DNA of 64,000 nt, taken from assembly GCA_963514005.1 (NCBI GenBank), contig OY740814.1, forward strand, positions 6,696,001 to 6,760,000, given 5' to 3'. This document shows positions 34,892 to 47,900 of this stretch, piece after piece (position 1 is the stretch's first letter; each line of letters starts with the position of its first letter). Both the position numbers and the translations under genes were made by a program. Origin of the DNA: Raja brachyura (Eukaryota). The notes under the pieces were generated by a model. It worked only from the letters and a program-made list of their open reading frames with translations. It was not told where the DNA came from and searched no databases.

Positions 34892-36029
34892 TCTGGGACA
34901 TGGCCTAAAAAAGACCTTTGTGTGGGATGTACGGCCTTCGAGCTTTCACCAGCTGTTCTTTCGCTGTGATAACGGGCCCTGCTGGTGTATGCATAGGGGT
35001 GCTGCCACCTAGTTAATGAGGACCTGGTAGTGGCCAGCACCTTAATCATACCGACTGCTTTTGCGTCTTTGTCGAGGTCTTTTACCTGTTTGTGCAGGTT
35101 GTCCCCGAACAACAGAGTAGGCGGCTGTGTGCTGCTGGTTCTACACAACCCCGCGAACTTTGGGTTCAGTGTAGGTCGGATGGCACTCTTCCTGAAGCAG
35201 TTGATCTCACATTGAACTTGCAGAAGAGTGCCAGAGCATCCCGTTGGTCCTCCGACATATCTTTTCCATCCACTGACCTGGCAAAAGCTGAAATACCAGA
35301 GGCCAGTAGTTTGCGGATTTTTTGCATTTTGACTTCCTGGCTCCTGATTCCAGGTCTGATATTTCCCCAGATGGGGTTATTTACCGCAGGCACATTGAGT
35401 GACATGCAGTTCTCTGGAGCTAGGTATCTGGCCGTCGTGTTGTTCATAACTTGTTCTTGCAGCTGATGAGTTGTTAGATAATTTATACTAGCTGCCAGCT
35501 GTGGCTGCAACGGCAGTCCCTTCTGTGAGGGCATCGCAAACTTGGATACCATCCCAAGTAGCTCCTTTTCTTGCACCCCTAGCACGTTTGATTCTTCTGC
35601 CAACTCCCTCTCTTCAGAGTCAGCCCAGACCTGACTCCTTATGCTCCGCTGCGAAGAGAGTGAGACATTTGGCAGCCCTGTAAAGGGTACTGCCGTGGGT
35701 CTGCTAGGAGACCCACGGTGACCAGACTCCTGCTGGAGTAGGTCACGTTGGAGCAACTGGTCCACCATCCGCTCCATGCGGGATAATTGACCACGTCGCT
35801 ACCCGCGAACGGCGAGTCTTCGAACCCGGACCCAGCCAAGTCAACGGGATTGCCCGACTTCCGGGTGGCTTTCCCGCCAGTCCGGGCTGTAGCGGTGTCA
35901 AGTCGGGGGCTGCCGTTTGTACAACCGGAGCTCTGGAGAAGTCGGCCGCTGTTGACTGCCCGTGTTCCCGTGGTCCTCTGCAGTCAGTTTTAAAGTGGCC
36001 CGTTTGGACTTAGTTCGGGATTTGTCCAT
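34798..36029 (-). pseudogene. DIRS ORF1 (gag-like), frameshifted
   Basis: CCACCATGG start at 36029 (MDKSRTKSKR); PENCMSLNVPAVNNPIW and LLFGDNL motifs in ORFs 35166-35777 and 34798-35148. Confidence 0.75.
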
Positions 36030-36040
36030 GGTGGGGTACT

Positions 36041-36121
36041 CTGTAAGAGAAACACAACAGAGTGCCCGAAAAACCACCTCAGGTTAGTGAATACTCGCCT
36101 ATAGATCCGTTTTAAACTTAC
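36041..36121 (-). other. Putative 81-nt intron in the DIRS 5' UTR
   Basis: CCG|GTAAGT donor, CACTAAC branch point and TGTTTCTCTTACAG acceptor 11 nt before the ORF1 ATG. Confidence 0.7.
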
Positions 36122-37336
36122 CGGTGGAGGAGCGACCCTCCTCCAGCTTCACAATGCGTTCGACGATATGTCGCGCATGCGTGCTGGCAGGGTCTTCACG
36201 AAGTCACTCACGTGGCTTCAAAGTAAAATGGGACTAGCATCTTGAGCAAAGCACAAAGTGCTGGAGGAACTCAGTGGGTCAGGCAGCATCTGTTTTGGGA
36301 AAGGACAAACTGCATTTTGGGTTGGGACCCTTCAGACTGGGATAGGGACCAGCACCTTGACCGAATGTGGTAATTTGTTTTTATTGCGTTATGAACTGCT
36401 CAAACCCCCCCCCCCCCCAAACAGTTGGAACGTGTTGAGCTAGTTTTCCCATAAAGTTTCAAGTAATAGTATCAAAGTAAATATTTTCGCTTACTTTGGA
36501 TACTAATCAAAGAATACCTGTAGCATGTTTTATTGCAGTTACAAGGTCTGTTTTGAATCCAGAAAATGCTTGTAATCGCTTCAAGATTAAAGCTGGGCCT
36601 AACCAGCAAAATGCATTGGAAAAACAGGAAACTACTTATTTCATCTTGAGTTTTGAAGTTTAGAAACAGTTCCTACTCCATCTATATTAAAATCTTTAGA
36701 CGCTCCTTTGCCTACTGAGGTCATCTTGTCATAATGTGATATTCTGCTCATCTTCAGTGCCAGAAGTATATTGTTGTAAATTAGCTTTATCTCCCATTTC
36801 TAGACAGAGGCCATTAATGGTGAAGGCTTGCATGTCCCTTTTAAGGTTAATATTTAGCCCAGCCTATGGACATGCTGACCAATTTCCAACAACAGTGAAT
36901 ATACAGAATCGAAATGGTAAACAAAAATAATGGTTTACACTTCTGATTTCTTGATTCTCACCGCAATTAGGAAATAGTTTATGCTCCTGCTCCAGTCCTT
37001 GCTCTAACCCTGCATCCAATGCATGATAGAATTTCTCCATTGAAACCTGCAAATGGGAGACCTTTGTGCACATTTAAGTAAACATAACAGTAGGTGCAGG
37101 AGTAGGCCATTCGGCCCTTCGAGCCAGCACCGGCATTCAATATGATCATGACTGATCAATATGATCATGGCTGATCATATTCACCATTGTGTTTGATGGA
37201 ATAAAACTATTAGTGAACCCCCATAAAATCTGTTTAATTTATCCTTTCCCGCTCATTATCTTTAGGTTTACGTAACAATGTGTTAAATGATCAAATTGCA
37301 AGGCATTACCTGACCATTGCCTGCTTTCCTTTGCAG

Positions 37337-37475
37337 AATGTAAAGGAAAGATCTGGGTTGAATCCAGGTGGATCACAGTGGAAGAACGGTTTGTAGTCAG
37401 AGACCTGATTGTGGACTGCAATGGTGGTTGGAAGGGAACAGTTGGTGCCTGTATTAAGGAGTGACTAATGAATTG
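37337..37475 (+). other. Candidate exon
   Basis: CTGAC branch point plus CTGCTTTCCTTTGCAG acceptor and TTG|GTAAGT donor; stop in every frame. Confidence 0.4.
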
Positions 37476-37714
37476 GTAAGTTAAAATGGGGTTTGGAGGC
37501 TGGAGCCCTACAGGACACTAAGAAAATCCACCTCAGTAGATATCTTGGTCCAGGACCACTAATATATTATTGATTGCAACAAATGTACTTCAGAACAATG
37601 TGACATAATTTCCTGAGCATTTTTGTCTAAGAACATAGCATAGGGAATAGCATCATTTGAAGAGCGGATGACGGAGAATCATGACTTCCACAAGAACAAT
37701 TTTCAGCCTTTAGG

Positions 37715-37935
37715 TTTTAGAGTTTAGAGATGCAGCGCGGAAACAGGCCCTTCGGCCCACTGAGTCCAGGCAAACCCCATATTCACGCACTATTCTACAC
37801 GCTAGGGACAATTTACCATTTCACCAAAGCCTATTAACCTACAAATCTATACCTCTTTGGAATGCGGGAGGAAACCAGAGCACCTGGCGAAAACCCACGT
37901 GGTCACAAGGAGAACGTACAAACTCCGCACGGAAT
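37715..37935 (-). mobile_element. HE1-like SINE 3' part
   Basis: TTTAGAGATGCAGCGCGGAAACAGGCCCTTCGGCCC tail and reverse-complement V domain. Confidence 0.8.
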
Positions 37936-38352
37936 GTACAAGCTTGCCTCTGATCCTGACTTGAGGTCCACAACACGAGTATTCGAAATCCACTGAGTAT
38001 AATGGAGCAATGATTATCATTGTGGATTAGGTTGCACAAGGTCAAGCTCGGGTTTATTCGTATAGCTGTATGGTAACTCAAATCTCACTCTACCAATTGG
38101 TGCATGTGACAATAAATGTAACTTAAACTTGAACTTGGGTTATGATTTGTAATATCTTATGTAGTGATCAGTCAAACCACGGAGATATTGGAAGCATCAG
38201 GCCACAAGGGTTGCAGCAACTGAATAAGGCAGCTCAAACCCATATGTATGGCAATTAAGAATGTGGCATTGCAAGAAGAAACAATCCGAAAGACTACTTT
38301 CATGATCAGTACACTTCATTCCTGATCTAATATATCAATAATTTACATTACT

Positions 38353-38482
38353 GTCTGAAGAAGGGCCTCGACCCGAAACGTCGCCTACTCTTTTTCTCCA
38401 TAGATGCTTCCTCACCCGCTGAGTTTCTCCAGCATTTTTGGTCTACTTTTGATTTTTCCAGCATCTGCAGTTCCTTCTTATA
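38353..38482 (+). repeat. PLE terminal repeat with hammerhead-like core
   Basis: CTGAAGA-A-GGGCCTCGACCC-GAAAC-GTC. Confidence 0.75.
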
Positions 38483-38494
38483 CAATACAATCCG

Positions 38495-39110
38495 TTTAGT
38501 TTCGAGATACAATGTAGAAACAGGCCCTTTAGCCCACAGAGTCCACGCTGACCAATGGTCACTCGTACACTAGTTCTTTCCAACACACTAGAGACAATTT
38601 ACAGAAGCTAATTGATCTACAAATGTACACATCTTAAGTCATAGCCTTAGAGTCATAGAGTGATACATTGTAGAAATAGGCCCTTCGATCCAACTTGCCC
38701 ACACTGGCCAACATGTCCCAGCTACACTAGTCCCACCTGCCTGCCCTTGGTCCATATCCCTCCAAACCTGTCCTATCCATGTACTTGTCTAACTGTTTCT
38801 TAAACATTGGGATAGTCCCAGCCTCAACTACCTAATCTGGCAGCTTGTTCCATACATCCACCACCCTTTGTGTGAAAAAGGTACCCCTCAGATTCCATTA
38901 AATCTTTCCCCCCTCACCTTGAACCTATGTCCTCTGGTCCTCGTTTCTCCTACTCTGGGCAATGCAGGAGGAAACCGGAGCACCTGGAGAAAACCCACGA
39001 GGTCACAGGGAGAACATAAAAACTCCGTGCAGACAGCACCCATAGTGAGGATCGAACTCGGGTCTCTAGCGCTGTAGAGCAGCAACTCTACCGCTGTGTC
39101 ACTGAGCTAC
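38495..39110 (-). mobile_element. HE1-like SINE interrupted by a CR1 3' fragment (38638-38960)
   Basis: SINE tail and head flank an RTRGHRFKVRG-coding CR1 piece with a (AGTCATAG)n tail. Confidence 0.8.
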
Positions 39111-40459
39111 CCTCGTCTGGATTAACCGCTCAATTAGATTGTAGAGCAGTTTCTAGAAAGGCCATTAATAACTGCGGGGACCACTCAGAACAAAACCACT
39201 TTGTTGGGCGGTACCTCTGTAGCAACTCTACTTGTCATCGGTGAGTAATGTACATCACTGTACTACACTACAGTCATAGTTTGTTTACTGGTTTTCAGTT
39301 GCTATTAGCAATAAAGCGGTAATCCAGAAATATCACTTCTTATTTATGAGTTCTTGAAAGTGTAGGTGCTATTAAGTCTGCAACTTTCATTTCAGAGATG
39401 CACATTAATAATACAAAATGTTTAAGGCTACTACAAAACTGCAGTGTATTTATTTGGAAATGGTCCTGGAGTGTCTCTGCTGATTTGTCTGACTCCATAC
39501 ATATGGAAAACACATCAATTATTTTGATAAATGCATTACCATATAATCTCATTTGCAAATAGTTGAGAATAAATGAGTTTCATTTCAGATTTCTAGCTTT
39601 TTTTCCATTAAGTTAGTAAAATATGTATTTGTTTTGGATATTCTTTGCTTTATGATATTTATTTTTACTCTTTTGATCATTCATTTCAGTGAATTATGAT
39701 TGGAAATGTTTTAACTCAACTGTATAGGGTTAAACAACATTGCAAGTGTATTTCGATGCAAAGACTTCAATGTCTCCTTGCACAATTAGCATAAGGAAAA
39801 CAATGCACTTCAAGTGAACTTAACAAAATGTTTCCAACAACTGGACCTCAGGAGCACAATTAACAATAATGGGATGCCTGGCTGCTTCACTCGTGATTTT
39901 GTGATTCTCATGAAAAGGACTCTTTTCCATTTTAAACTGTAGCTAGCAAAATGCTCAAACTCCTGAAGATTTAACTCGTAACCCAAACCACATTTCCCAA
40001 AGGGCCAACATTCACTAACCCCTTGCTTAAAAAGGAATTGGGGGAAACAAGATCTCACTTTATTAAATATGTAACATTGCTCCAGACTTGCATGATTCCA
40101 TCATCAGCTAGAACAGAAACTTGGAGCAAACACTTGAAGACCTTTGTCCGATCAACTAATCATGAATTAATTCTTATATAGTATGGGGAGTCGGCGTGCT
40201 TTGTAACTTTGTCAGCGCCGTATGTGGCTGCTATTTGGATACATTATGGATGCAAGCAAATAATCTCACTGTGCCTGGTCACATGTGACAATAAAGTATT
40301 CCTATTCCTATGTTGGAAGCTTGCAAGTGGCTTTCAAACAAGAGAGTGCCTGGTCTATTGATTCCTGGAAAAATGGTAAAATTATTATTGATTAAAATAC
40401 TTGTATGCATTTGGAATCGGCCTCGTTTACATTAACCATTTGTTGCCTCAGCAAATCAG

Positions 40460-40910
40460 AGTCCTGGGGTGATACAACAAGGCAACAGGCCCACCTTGTC
40501 CATACCGACCAAGTTGGAATGTTGGACGTCCAATTTGCCTGCATTCGGCAGAGTCCTGTCAACCCTTCCTATCTATATCTGTCCAAATGCCTTTTAAAAG
40601 TTGTAATTGGATCCACTTCTATAAGCTTCCTCTGGCTACTCATTCTAGATATGGACTGCCCACTGAGTGGAAAATGTTGCCCCTATGGTCCCTCTTGAAT
40701 AATTTTAAGCCTATGCCCTCTAAATGTAGAATCTTTTACCTTGGGAAATAAAAGATAGTGAGCATTTACTTTATCCATGCCCTTCATAATCTTGTCCACT
40801 TAAGATCATCCCTTAGCCTAGTATACTCCAAAGAAAATAGTTCCAACCTCTCCCTATAACTCAAGCCTAGGTAACATCCTGGCGAATCTCTTCTGCACCC
40901 TTTCCAACTT
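40460..40910 (-). mobile_element. Old CR1 3' fragment
   Basis: Degenerate match to the CR1 C-terminus and 3' UTR. Confidence 0.6.
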
Positions 40911-42833
40911 AACAGAGAAGAATAAAATAGTGGGATTTTGATAACAACTGTTCATCCGATATAACAATTCACTGACACGTTCAATTTAACATCTTCTAAT
41001 AAAAACATCAAACAGTGGAGAATAATTTAAAAAACAAGTATTTATTACAGGCAGAAACAGCTTTACTCATTAAATGGCAGCATTACATTGGCACTTTGGT
41101 TAGTTCAAATTCTGTGAGCCAGCAGTTGCATTTTCACCTAATTTCAATCTTGACAACAGAATCAAATTGTTTCAAGAATTTATGTCGTTGCTGCAGGGAT
41201 ATGAGAAATGGATGTAATACGAACACGGGAAACTAAACACGAGGACGGATCCCGTGAGATTAAAATTAAAAGATCTTAGCAAAGTGGAAAATGTTGGAGA
41301 CGGCGGGTCAAACACCATCTGGCAAGAAAACATGACTGATGACATTTCGGGTATAAATCATTTGTTGGGGCTGTTAGGTACTACAAATGAACAGCTTTTG
41401 AAGAACGTGAAACTGACTAAAACCGAGACGAGCTAAGTTTTCAGCTAGAGTGGCAAAATCGAGAGTAGGCAGAACTGATATGTGCAGGGAGCATGATGTA
41501 GTATATATATTTGGTCAAAGAACAAAAAGGAGAAAAGCTTAAAGAGGATTAATGAACAGAATAGGGATTGATGAAATGAAGACACAAGAAACTGCAGTTG
41601 CTGGAACCCAGTACAAAACACAGCATCTGGGGAGGGAATGGACAGGCAATGAAAGATGCTGACCCGAAACGTCATCTGTCCATCCCCTTCCTGGATGCAG
41701 CCTGGCCCTGAGTCCCTCCAACATTTTGGTTCCTCGGTCAAATGAAATTGGCAATGGCGGTGAATTTGGGCATCTGATAGTTTCATAAACAGCTCTTTTA
41801 ACCAGAGGCTCTGCATGTTGTAAAGATTAATTGTTGAGAGCAAGTCATTATAGGTCAATAAAGAAGATTAATAGATAACATACTGTACTGCCAAGATAAT
41901 TATACTACTTAAATATGATTTCAATGCATTTGTAAATTGTCTGTGAAAGATTATACTGGAGAATAATACAATGTGCAATGCAGTGGTTTTGAGAAAATGT
42001 TGCTGATTCTTCAATCTTTTTGTAATTTCCACAATAAACTCTATTCAGAATAATAAAGATATACAAAAGAAGATCTGTGCAAAATCTCTTCCGCATCTAC
42101 ATTAGTGTCAGATTTGGTAGTGTCCTGAGGGTGGCATGCAGCGGTTGTACGATTATCACGGTGCAGAATGGATCTGACACAAAGTGCTGGAGGAATTCAG
42201 TGGGTCAAGACGCATTTATGGAAGGAATGAACAGGTGATTTGGGGGGTGGGGGGTGGGGGGGGGGGGTGTCCTTCTTCAGACCTGAAACACCACTTGTCC
42301 CATCCTTCCCCAGATGCTGCCTGACCCGCAGAGTTCCTCCAGCACTTTGTGTTTTGCTCAAGATTCCAGCATGTGCAGTTCCTTGTGTCTCCACACCAAC
42401 ACCAGATTGGTATCATTGGTGAAAGTTTCTGAAAAGAATGGAGAAGCCTTTTTTTTTAATATTGGAGGAAACAAAATTCTGAGACGATTTAACAGATACT
42501 CAAAATCATTATCGTTTTTGGTAGGAATCAAGAGTTTAGAAGCCACTTCTATCTGGAGAGGTGAGCATGTGGAACGTTACAAGCAGTAGTACAGACAAAT
42601 ATAATAAATGCTGTTGGGGGATGGTAAAAAGCACATGAAAGATGACAATAGAGTGTTGTGCTGATGGAATTGAATAAGAAAGACAAGAGTCTTGACGGAA
42701 CATAATTGTGGCGTAGACTGGTTAGACTGAATAGGCTGTTTCTATGCTGTATATGCTGCATTTCACTCTGCATCAAAGATTCATTCGGAGGTAGAGTAGT
42801 GCATTAAACAGTGGCCACTAAAAAGTGCATTTG

Positions 42834-43912
42834 GGCAGCACAGTGGTGGAGCGGTAGAGCTGCTGCCTAACAGCGCCTGAGACCTGGGTTTGATTCTGAC
42901 CTCAGATGCTGTCTGTATGGAGTTTGTGTGCTCTCCCTGTGACTGTGTGGGTTTTCTCCGTTCCCCGGTTTCCTTCCACATTCTAAAACCTGTGGGTTTT
43001 GTAGGTTAATTAGTGTCTATAAATTGTCCCTAGTGTGTAGGATAGATCTTGTGTATGGGGTAATCACTGGTCAAAAATAGGAAAACAGACTATTATCTAA
43101 ATGGAGGCCGATTAGGAAAAGGGGAGATGCAGCGCGACCTGGGTGTCATGGTACACCAGTCATTGAAAGTAGGCATGCAGGTACAGCAGGCAGTGAAGAA
43201 AGCGAATGGTATGTTAGCTTTCATAGCAAAAGGATTTGAGTATAGGAGCAGGGAGGTTCTACTTCAGTTGTATAGGGTCTTGGTGAGGCCACACCTGGAG
43301 TATTGCTACAGTTCTGGTCTCCAAATCTGAGGAAGGACATTATTGCCATAGAGGGAGTGCAGCGAAGGTTCACCAGACTGATTCCTGGGATGTCAGGACT
43401 GTCTTATGAACAAAGACTGCATAGATTCGGTTTATACTCTCTGGAATTTAGGAGATTGAGAGGGGATCTTATAGAAACTTACTATTTCTTAAGGGGTTGG
43501 ACAGGCTAGATGCAGGAAGATTGTTCCCGATGTTGGGGAGTTCCAGGACAAGGGGTCACAGCTTAAGGATAAGGGGGAAATCCTTTAGGACCGAGATGAG
43601 AAGGAATTTTTTCACACAGAGAGTGGTGGGTCTCTGGAACTCTCTGCCACAGAGGGTAGTTGAGGCCGGTTCATTGGCTATATTTAAGAGGGAGTTAGAT
43701 ATGGCCCTTGTGGCTAAGGGGATCAGAGGGTATGGAGAGAAGGCAGGTACAGGATACTGAGTTGGATGATCAGCCATGATCATATTGAATGGCGGTGCAG
43801 GCTCGAAGGGCCGAATGGCCTACTCCTGCACCTAATTTCTATGTTTCTATGTTTCTATGTCACGTGGACTTGGTACGCCAAAGGGCCTCGTTCCAAGCTG
43901 TATCTCAAATCT
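42834..43912 (+). mobile_element. HE1-like SINE interrupted by a young CR1 (43071-43860)
   Basis: SINE head at 42834. CR1 ORF2 C-terminus is very similar to 14560-15316, with a (TTTCTATG)3 tail. SINE tail resumes after it. Confidence 0.9.
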
Positions 43913-45759
43913 AAAGATGCCCCGGATCAGGAATGGATTTCTTGGCAATTGCCACTAATTCATTAATTTTTTTTTAATGTAGATGCCGTAAATCTGAAAT
44001 CAAAAAACAAAAAGGCAGATATCAGGCCCTGGAACATTCATCAGAACAGATTCACTAATTCAATTATGTTCTAGCTCTGCCAAAGATTATGCTTCATCTT
44101 ACTTTCATGTGGAACAATTCTGGAGATCAATTGATAATTAATATTACAGAGATTTTCTTGAAAGGTCTTTATTTTGCAAACTATCTCCAGTTATAAATGA
44201 ACAAAAGGAATGCTTGCTCTTCCCACATAGCTTTCAGCAATTCACAGATAATTTTACACTAAATTAGTACATTTGAAAAGTAATTATAATTATAATGTTG
44301 TAAATACAGCCAATTTCTACACAGCAATCGCCCATAAATAACATGATAATGACCAGATCATTTGTTATGGTGATGCTGATTGAAGGACGATGGAATCTCT
44401 ATGACTCAGGCCAAACTCCATACCCACAGTTAGTTGTTCAATCCCATTCCACCGCTATTTCCAGCCTTTCATTAAAGAAAACGGTTACTTTCTCTCTCAA
44501 CTTCATTTCGACAGATCCTTTCAGTACTCCTTCCTTTGATAAACAACTAATATAAGAGAGTATTTATTACTCAAGCAATCTCTGCTTCCACAGAGCTTAA
44601 CTTCTTTGTCCCTGATCACTGGACGTTTGGGTGCATAACCAGAATAGACCCAGGCTTCACCTGTGAAAGAAAATAGGGTATGGTTTAATTTTTCATCCAA
44701 ATGACAGCAAATCTGAAAGTGCATGGTATCTTAGTACTGTTCTGGGTGTCAGCTAGGATTTTGGAACTGAAGATGTCTGCAGAAGGGTTCTGACCCCAAA
44801 CATCACCTATTCCTTTTCTCCAGATATGCTACCTGACCCACTGAGTTACTCCAGCACTTTGTACCTATCTTGGGTCTCTTTACGTCTGGAATCTAGAACA
44901 TTCTGACCTGGAGCTGTTGACTGTAGAAAAGGTTGGTTGAGTATGTAGACAAAAATGCTGGAGAAACTCAGCGGGTGAGGCAGCATCTATGGAGCGAAGG
45001 AAATAGGCAATGTTTCAGGCCGAAACCCTTCTTGAGACTGATGTGAGGGTGGTGGGGGGGGGGGAAGAAGAAAGTAAGGGGTGGAGCCAGTGGGCTGAGT
45101 ATGTATTTAGTATTAGGTAATGGGACTGAAATTACTGAATAAATTGAGGCTCAGTCGTTTGAATCTCCCCTAATCCAAAAGGGATGATTTCTATAGTTAC
45201 TTCCCTCTCTACCACCATCCCCACAAAGATTCAAGCTTGCCCCCATTTCACTTTGTTAATGTTATCACCCACCCCCTCAAAAATAAACTGCATCTTACTG
45301 GGAGGCTTTAAATGGTCTGTTAACTCTATTAATGTAATAGAATGGAAATAGAAAACAAGAGCACAGTACAAAGCCTTTCAGCCAATTGTGTATGAATGTG
45401 GTCCCAAAACTAGGACAATTCATACCAATTTCACTTCTATGCCTTCAGTCTGTGCTCATCTGGTAAAAGCAAATACAGTGTCACAGAGTCATACAGCATG
45501 GTAACAGCCCTTTAACCCAACTTCCCCATGCTGACCAATATCACCCATCTACATAAAATCTTGTTGCAGTACCTGACTCAACTACCTCCTCTGGCAGCTC
45601 ATTCCTTATACCCACCAGCCTTTGGGTGAAATAGTTTCTCCTCATGTTCCTATCAAATCTTTCCCACTCACCTTGAACCTATGCCCTCTGGTTCTATATT
45701 CCCCTATTCTGGGTAATAGATGTGCATTTACCCAATCTATTCCACCATCCTGTTCAAGG

Positions 45760-46082
45760 TTAGTTTAGAGATACGGCATGAAAACAGGCCCCTTTCTGAC
45801 CCACTGATGCTGACCATCGATCACCCATACACTAGTTCTATGTCATCCCACGTTTGCATCCTATCCACTGGGGGCAATTCACAAAAACCAATCAACCGAT
45901 AAACTGGCAATGGGAGACCATTTGAAATGTTGGAGGAAACTGGAGCACCTGGAGAAAAACGATGTAGACACGCAGAATGTACAAACTCTGCATAGACACC
46001 CTGACCACCTATAGTTAGGAACCAAGCTGGGTCTCTGGCACTGTAATGCAGCAGCTCTGCTGCTCCGCCACTGTGCCGCCCT
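45760..46082 (-). mobile_element. HE1-like SINE
   Basis: Head-to-tail reverse-complement match to the other copies. Confidence 0.75.
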
Positions 46083-46489
46083 TAAGAACTTTTTAAGTTG
46101 GTGAAGGTTTTTTCCTCAGTCTTCATCTAATTACTGTGTTATACATTGTTCAGTTGATTCTACTTTTCCCTCCAAAACCAAAATTGTTGGTTCACCATCT
46201 ATTCAAGAGATGCAAGCACAGAAATCTAGGCAGATATCAAAGGCCTATCTATCCCATCTGACAATTGCAGAGAATATTTTTACCTTACGATACCAAAAAT
46301 GATTGTGTTACTTGGTCTAATGAATGAACCCGTGCAGGGCTTGGGGTGGTGGGAGGGGATCATACCCTTTGAATTGTGGGGGGATCAGAAGGAGGAAATA
46401 TTTTAAAATGGAAATAGACAAAAGCAGATTGCAGAGATAGGGAATGCGCTGGTTAAAATCTCTCAAAATTTCCTGGAATCTGAAGAGGT

Positions 46490-47520
46490 CCTGGAAACTT
46501 GTAAAACCACAGCAAAAACCACTTGTAAAAACACCACTGTTCAAATAAAATGAGAGGGCTGGAAAGCAGAAAATTATAGAGTGGCTGTCATTGGGAAAAG
46601 ATTAGAGTCCATTGTTAAAAAGATATTATCAGGATATTTTGAAGACAATAAAGGAAAGTTCATAGTTTTGTGAAAGAGAAAGTGTGTCCGACAAATGTGC
46701 TGAAGTTCTTTGAGGATTAACATGCGGGGCAGATGCAAAGGAATATTACATATATTATATAAAGACATAATACATTAATTTTCAGAAGACATTGGATGAT
46801 GTACCACATCAAAGGCTGTGGAACGTGGTCCAAGACTTTTGATATTGTGCCACATGTACGTTACTGCACAACATAATAAGAGTGCAGAACGTGGGGGGTT
46901 GAATATCAGATGGAAGACAGAGAATCAGGAAACATGGGTCATTTTCAGATTAATGATCAGTAACTAGTTGAATTGATCAGTGCTGGGGCCTCGACTATTT
47001 ATAATATATATTGATACGCTTGAGAAAACTCTAGTTAAATATATAGTGCATCTTAGAGAGGTTGGGAAGATGACCCAGAGTTTAGAAAAATATATAGATA
47101 GGTTTCGTGAACAGGGAAGAAGTTATTAGTTGCGATGTTATGTGGGAAGAGATAAGGTAATTGCCTATAGAAAGGTACAATGAAAAGCAATTTATTTAAA
47201 TAGTTAGAAAATAAAATGGTGCAATCAAATGCCAATGGAAACTCTAGTATAAGAAGCAAGGTTAGTATGTAGATACAGCAAGCAGTTGGATGGTTAAAGG
47301 AATATTACCCTTTATTGCAAGGGATATAGAGTATAAAGTTGGATGGAGAAGTTAATGGATGAAGAAATATTGGGCAAGTTGGACATATCTATTATAGAAA
47401 ATAGAATGAGGGGTAAATCTTAGTGCCACATGTACAATTCTGAGAGGGATTGTTAGATTTGCAGAGAGGATAAACAAGGGTTTCAAAAGTGGGAGTACAG
47501 AGAATTAGGCTGAATCGACA
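46490..47520 (+). mobile_element. Very old CR1 RT remnant
   Basis: Eroded motifs (ACCACTGTTCAA, AATTATAGA, TTTTCAGAAGACATTGGATGATGTACC, CAGTGCTGGGGCC). Confidence 0.6.
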
Positions 47521-47527
47521 TGGAAGT

Positions 47528-47900
47528 CTGTAGGAAGGAACTGCAGATGCTGGTTTAAACCGAAGATAGACACAAATTGCTAGAGTAACAGCGGAACAGG
47601 CAGCGTCATCTGGAGAGAAGGCATTAGGTGACGTTTTGGGTCGTATCCCTTCTTCAGACTGAGACTTCTTCAGACTCACAAGTTCACAAGATATAGGAGT
47701 AGAATTAAGCTATTCGGCCCATCGAGTCTACTCTGCCATTCAATCATGGCTGATCTCTGCCTCCTTATCCCATTTTCCTGCCTTCTGCCCCTAATCTTCA
47801 GTGTGAAGAAGGGTCTCGACCCAATACGTCACCCATTCCTTCTCTCCAGAGATGCTTCCTATCCCGCTGAGTTACTCAAACATTTTGTGTCTATCTTCTG
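47528..47900. repeat. PLE fold-back pair with a CR1 tail fragment in the loop
   Basis: Inverted halves at 47528-47676 and 47797-47900. Confidence 0.7.

Larger units (their letters stand above)
31405..36229 (-). mobile_element. Complete DIRS-type tyrosine-recombinase retrotransposon (4825 bp, inactivated)
   Basis: 35-bp ITRs (31478-31512 and 36168-36202, one mismatch), terminal extensions, internal complementary region 31622-31733, ATT at both ends, and gag/RT/RH/MT/YR remnants. Confidence 0.95.

Noticed and set aside
42834-42910. tRNA gene
   Set aside because: A/B-box-like head runs into the SINE body with no complete cloverleaf; the same applies to the other SINE heads.
44078-44100. Another CAAAGATTAT match to the footprint family
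   Set aside because: No TCTTTG partner end and no flanking 8-bp duplication.
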